In this document: positions 60,284-64,000 of the stretch, piece after piece
Layout: every line of letters begins with the position of its first letter
Numbering within the stretch: position 1 is the stretch's first letter
Source of the DNA: Raillietiella orientalis
Lineage: Eukaryota
Assembly (NCBI GenBank): GCA_036172245.1
Contig: JAYWIR010000002.1
Coordinates: 2,852,001-2,916,000 of the forward strand
Length of the DNA: 64,000 bases
Direction of reading: 5' to 3'
Made by a program: the position numbers and the translations under genes
The notes under the pieces: model-generated
What the model was told of the DNA's origin: nothing
The model's input: only the letters and a program-made list of their open reading frames with translations
Databases searched by the model: none

Positions 60284-62345
60284 TATTCCTTTTAAGAGTA
60301 GTGAATATAAATCTGGAGATTCTTAGTAACTGATGTGCTCAGTGTCATGGAAGGAATTAAGAAGTACCTTGATTTTTCATTTCCTAACATACTTAATTGT
60401 GTCCCATTGGCTGCTCAAGCACATGAATATGAAGCAATATTTTAGGAAATTTCTCTTGGTGGTTGCAAAATTGCAATTTTTTGGATTTTGATAATATCCT
60501 TCTATTTCCATAAGAAATGAATTGATTGTATTTTCAATTATTGCAAATATCGTATCAAATAAAACTTCTGAGGTTAATCATGTTGGTCTTTGTTAAACAT
60601 TCGCATGTTTTTGATGTTCAGTTATGTGGTCTCTGTCTATTGAAACATGGAAATATGTATGGATATGAGATCTTGGAGTCATCTCCAGGTACCAGCTTCC
60701 ACCAACTGTAGACACAGTTTACACTCCAATAAGTTAGTTTGCAAGGAGTTGGTTGTGCAAAAGAACTTATATAAAATGCATTTTGTTTGCCTGAGTATAG
60801 CAAAGAACCACAAAAATGATCTCTGATGTTTGCAGAGTTTGCTGAGATTTGTAAACACTGTCTCTTTGGTATACATGTGTAATGTTCTAGGCTTATAAAA
60901 TCATGAAGGTATTCTATGGTTGTGTTACCTAAAGGTATGCAGTATATGATAACAGTGAAAACCTAAGAATACCAACTGCAAAGAATTCACTTCAGATGTA
61001 AGGTTTATCTATAAATGCATCACTGCTATTGATAGCTGTTAGCACAACTGCAGTTTCAGTGGGAAACAAACTATGAAAAGTGGTCAAAAGTTTCCTGGTA
61101 ATTATCAGTTATGAAGAATTGAATTGTGAATTTTAGTTTTCATACCAAATGTTCTTATTGTAACTTGGTGTGAAATTCAGCAATTGACTTTCCATCTTAT
61201 GTTGATTGGGACACATCCTTCAGAAAAGCAAGCACCAAAGGCTTGGTGGTGTAGGCTTTCTGCTGCACTTTGCCTACTTGTGATGCGGTTGACTACCATT
61301 AATGTTCTGTACTACTGCAGCATTACAATTCAACACGTACTGATGACTGGTGCACTCCTGAATCCATGTGTTCGTACGTGTAGGTCAGTTTTGTGTGTGG
61401 AAAAGTGAAGCTACAGCATTTCATAGGGCACTGAGGCAGATTTTTCGAGATGATGAACTTTATTTATAGCTGCCATTCATATGTCAAGTTAAATCTTTCC
61501 TCATTATTGCGCGTATCTTTGTATTCCATATCTTAGCCGACTTAAGTCTTAACTTCAGTATGCCTATCTTATTGGCAAACTGAAATTTCAGTACTAAATT
61601 AGTTATATTAATATTACGTATACTTTAAACAAGACATGCGCAAGGTGATTTCATTACTTCTTCAGGAACGGAGAATTTTCTGCACAGGAAATGGAAGAAA
61701 TGGCACTTTGTGGATTCATTCTTAAAAATTTTGGTAGAATATTGAAATATGTATCTAAGCTAGTGATAAGAAAAAGAAATAAAGAATTCAAAGTATGTAC
61801 ATATCCTGTTTTTCTATGAATAACACTATTGCACTTGAATAAGGCAAAAGCGAACATTCGAATTTGAAAATTGAAAAGAAACCAAGAACCTCGAACGAAT
61901 CGGATCGAAGACGTAAATATTTGAAAGATAAGAACGATATGCCTTTTTTCTGTAGCAGAAAACCGTTTGATAAAAATTGGATGTAACTACTGGATGCTCG
62001 CGATCAATTTCAGGAATTTTATAAATGATGTAATGATTATTTCATAATTAGTGAAGTGCCAAATTCGAAAAAAGCATAAGCATGTAATTGGAAGAAGAGC
62101 TGAACATTCTGTGTGGCCAAGTGGATCATCAAGTGGCAACCAGAGTGAAAATTGGTTTTGGTGAGCTGACTGAGGTGACTTTGGTGAGTTCGTCGAAAAA
62201 AAGAACTCCCAACATGCAGGAAATGTCGAACCCTCGGAACTGAAGCATCAAAGCGTAGATGCTGAATGGAGCAAGGCTGATTTTCATCATCATCATGATA
62301 GATCCTGTAGACAGCAATCATACAAAAATTAAGGGAACTGACTTT

Positions 62346-62346
<1 letters not shown>

Positions 62347-62388
<42 letters not shown>
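62347..62388. repeat. (GT)21 microsatellite
   Basis: Perfect GT dinucleotide run. Confidence 0.97.
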
Positions 62389-62393
<5 letters not shown>

Positions 62394-64000
62394 CATAATA
62401 AAAGGGGAATCCGAAGGGAACCTCCTGCGTTTTTAAGGCTACCTAAATCAACACGCGAACTCATGCAGGTCTGCCGTTTCGACTAGAATTTCAAAACTGG
62501 ATCGCGAATTAAAAATCGTGTCTACGAGGTGAATATAGGCAAGCATTTATTTTTTTACCAGAAGTTTAGGTAATTCATTTTTAATAAAAAGTCAAACTCT
62601 GAGAACGTAATTTCCTGCTGGCAAGAACATATTGTACAGAGCAAATAGGTTTTTCATGAAAAGCAGCCAAAAATGGCCTCCAAATGCCATTCTCCAGCAG
62701 CAGAAACACTCATGAAGAGGGCTGTGTTTGGAGAATTAATTAGCTAGACATTCTAGATGCTAGAGACAGTATTTAGAAAGCTCAGAAACCAGGCACTCCG
62801 GAAGACCCGCTAAACAGCTCAGTTCGGAGATGCATGCCTGCGGTATTTTACCAGCAATATGAAAAGTGAATCGAATATGCAGGGTGATGTTGCCTGAGGC
62901 ACACGTAGGGCAGTTGTCCTGATGTGAGAATAAGGATGTGGTGGTACTGCCAATGGCTCTTTTGTATGCTGCGTACCGAGGCATCGTAGACAGTGGCGAC
63001 CGAACAACTCTTTCAGCTTCCATAATCCACCATCAGATATCCAATTCGTGTGTCCTTTCTTTGTTCATTTTTCGCCGCGATTCCCCGACCTCCTCGTATG
63101 CATTGAATGGTGTTACTCGAACCCTGATGACCAGTCCTGTGATATGTCATGTGATATGACAGAAATCGTAAAAGAACTACGGTAGATTAAACTACCTCTC
63201 CGCTTCTGCCCACTTACGAGGCTGCGGTTGTGTTCAGCATTTCCGAAACTTTAACTCCACTTTTACTAAACAAATTAAAGTTTCATTAGTGTAGTTTTCA
63301 CTGCATTTTTTCCGTAAGAACATTTAATTATCTACTCCTATAGTTCAAAACTTTTAAATTGCATATTGCAATTAGTATAACTTATTGCATCAATTTCGAA
63401 TAACTAAATGCTGATTACAAAGGCGACAAAGAGAGAGGATAACTAAGCTGAGACAGATCGAAGCGAATAATATGGTGAAAACGTAGAAATTCGGTTAGGT
63501 GGTTTCCCAGCCTCCTCCTTCAGTGATGATGCTAAATGAGCATGATGCGAAAGGAGTTCTTTTTGTCTACAGGACTCCTTTAGATTTCTCAGCAAATACG
63601 GAAGTCACAATCAAACTTCCTTAGCTTCATAAAAGGGAATAGTAATTTGGATTATTAGAGGGCCGCTTTAGTCTGTTTGAGCGAAATTACCCCGTCTTCT
63701 CAAGGATGATTAATTGCAGATCAATAAGCTGTCTTTTCGAAGTTTATTTATCGAAGGATTCAATATTTTATGAAGTTTATTCAACGTGAGCTGAATTTGT
63801 AGCAATAAAAATAGCTAGCACAAAAAAAAAAACAAAAAAGTTTTCTTGTTAATCGTATCATATGTTCATGTTGTTACATATTTGCACAAAATACTCGCAA
63901 GGATTTCCTTTAAGGGTCGGCAAAAACATCATCTCGAGCAAAAAGTGAAAGGTAAATCGGATTAAAAGACTGGTCTACAAAATTTTAGGTCTTTCTAACG

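Noticed and set aside
62037-63159. Short ORFs and exon-like segments near the right edge
   Set aside because: All frames contain stops, one ORF is produced by the (CA)n repeat, and no homology is recognisable.
1-64000. CRISPR arrays, prokaryotic operons, rRNA, intact tRNA or intact transposable elements
   Set aside because: None seen. The window is spliceosomal-intron-rich animal DNA with no regularly spaced repeats, cloverleaf, reverse transcriptase or transposase motifs.

Overview
Eukaryotic (animal, most likely arthropod-like) nuclear DNA from a compact genome. No prokaryotic features, CRISPR arrays, rRNA or intact transposons were seen. I assembled seven conserved multi-exon housekeeping genes by hand: HGH1 (+), huntingtin (-), BMS1 (-), USP39 (+), CCAR1 (-), DGCR8/pasha (+) and COX18 (+). 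Nearly all their introns are only 39-61 nt, and the gene bodies inspected are strongly CpG-depleted. An approximately 8.8-kb, very GC- and CpG-rich island (about 3.1-11.9 kb) sits in this AT-rich background and carries one intronless 1007-aa PTB-domain-like ORF. The most unusual features are: (i) the DGCR8-COX18 junction, where the COX18 frame follows the DGCR8 stop in frame and overlaps its AATAAA, and COX18 has no room for its own promoter or first exon; (ii) USP39 and CCAR1 converging with 27 bp between their stop codons; (iii) the GC island against CpG-depleted gene bodies; (iv) a compact, polyQ-less huntingtin with a GC-AG intron and a last intron containing a direct repeat. Exon models are manual, and homology calls come from remembered motifs rather than database searches.
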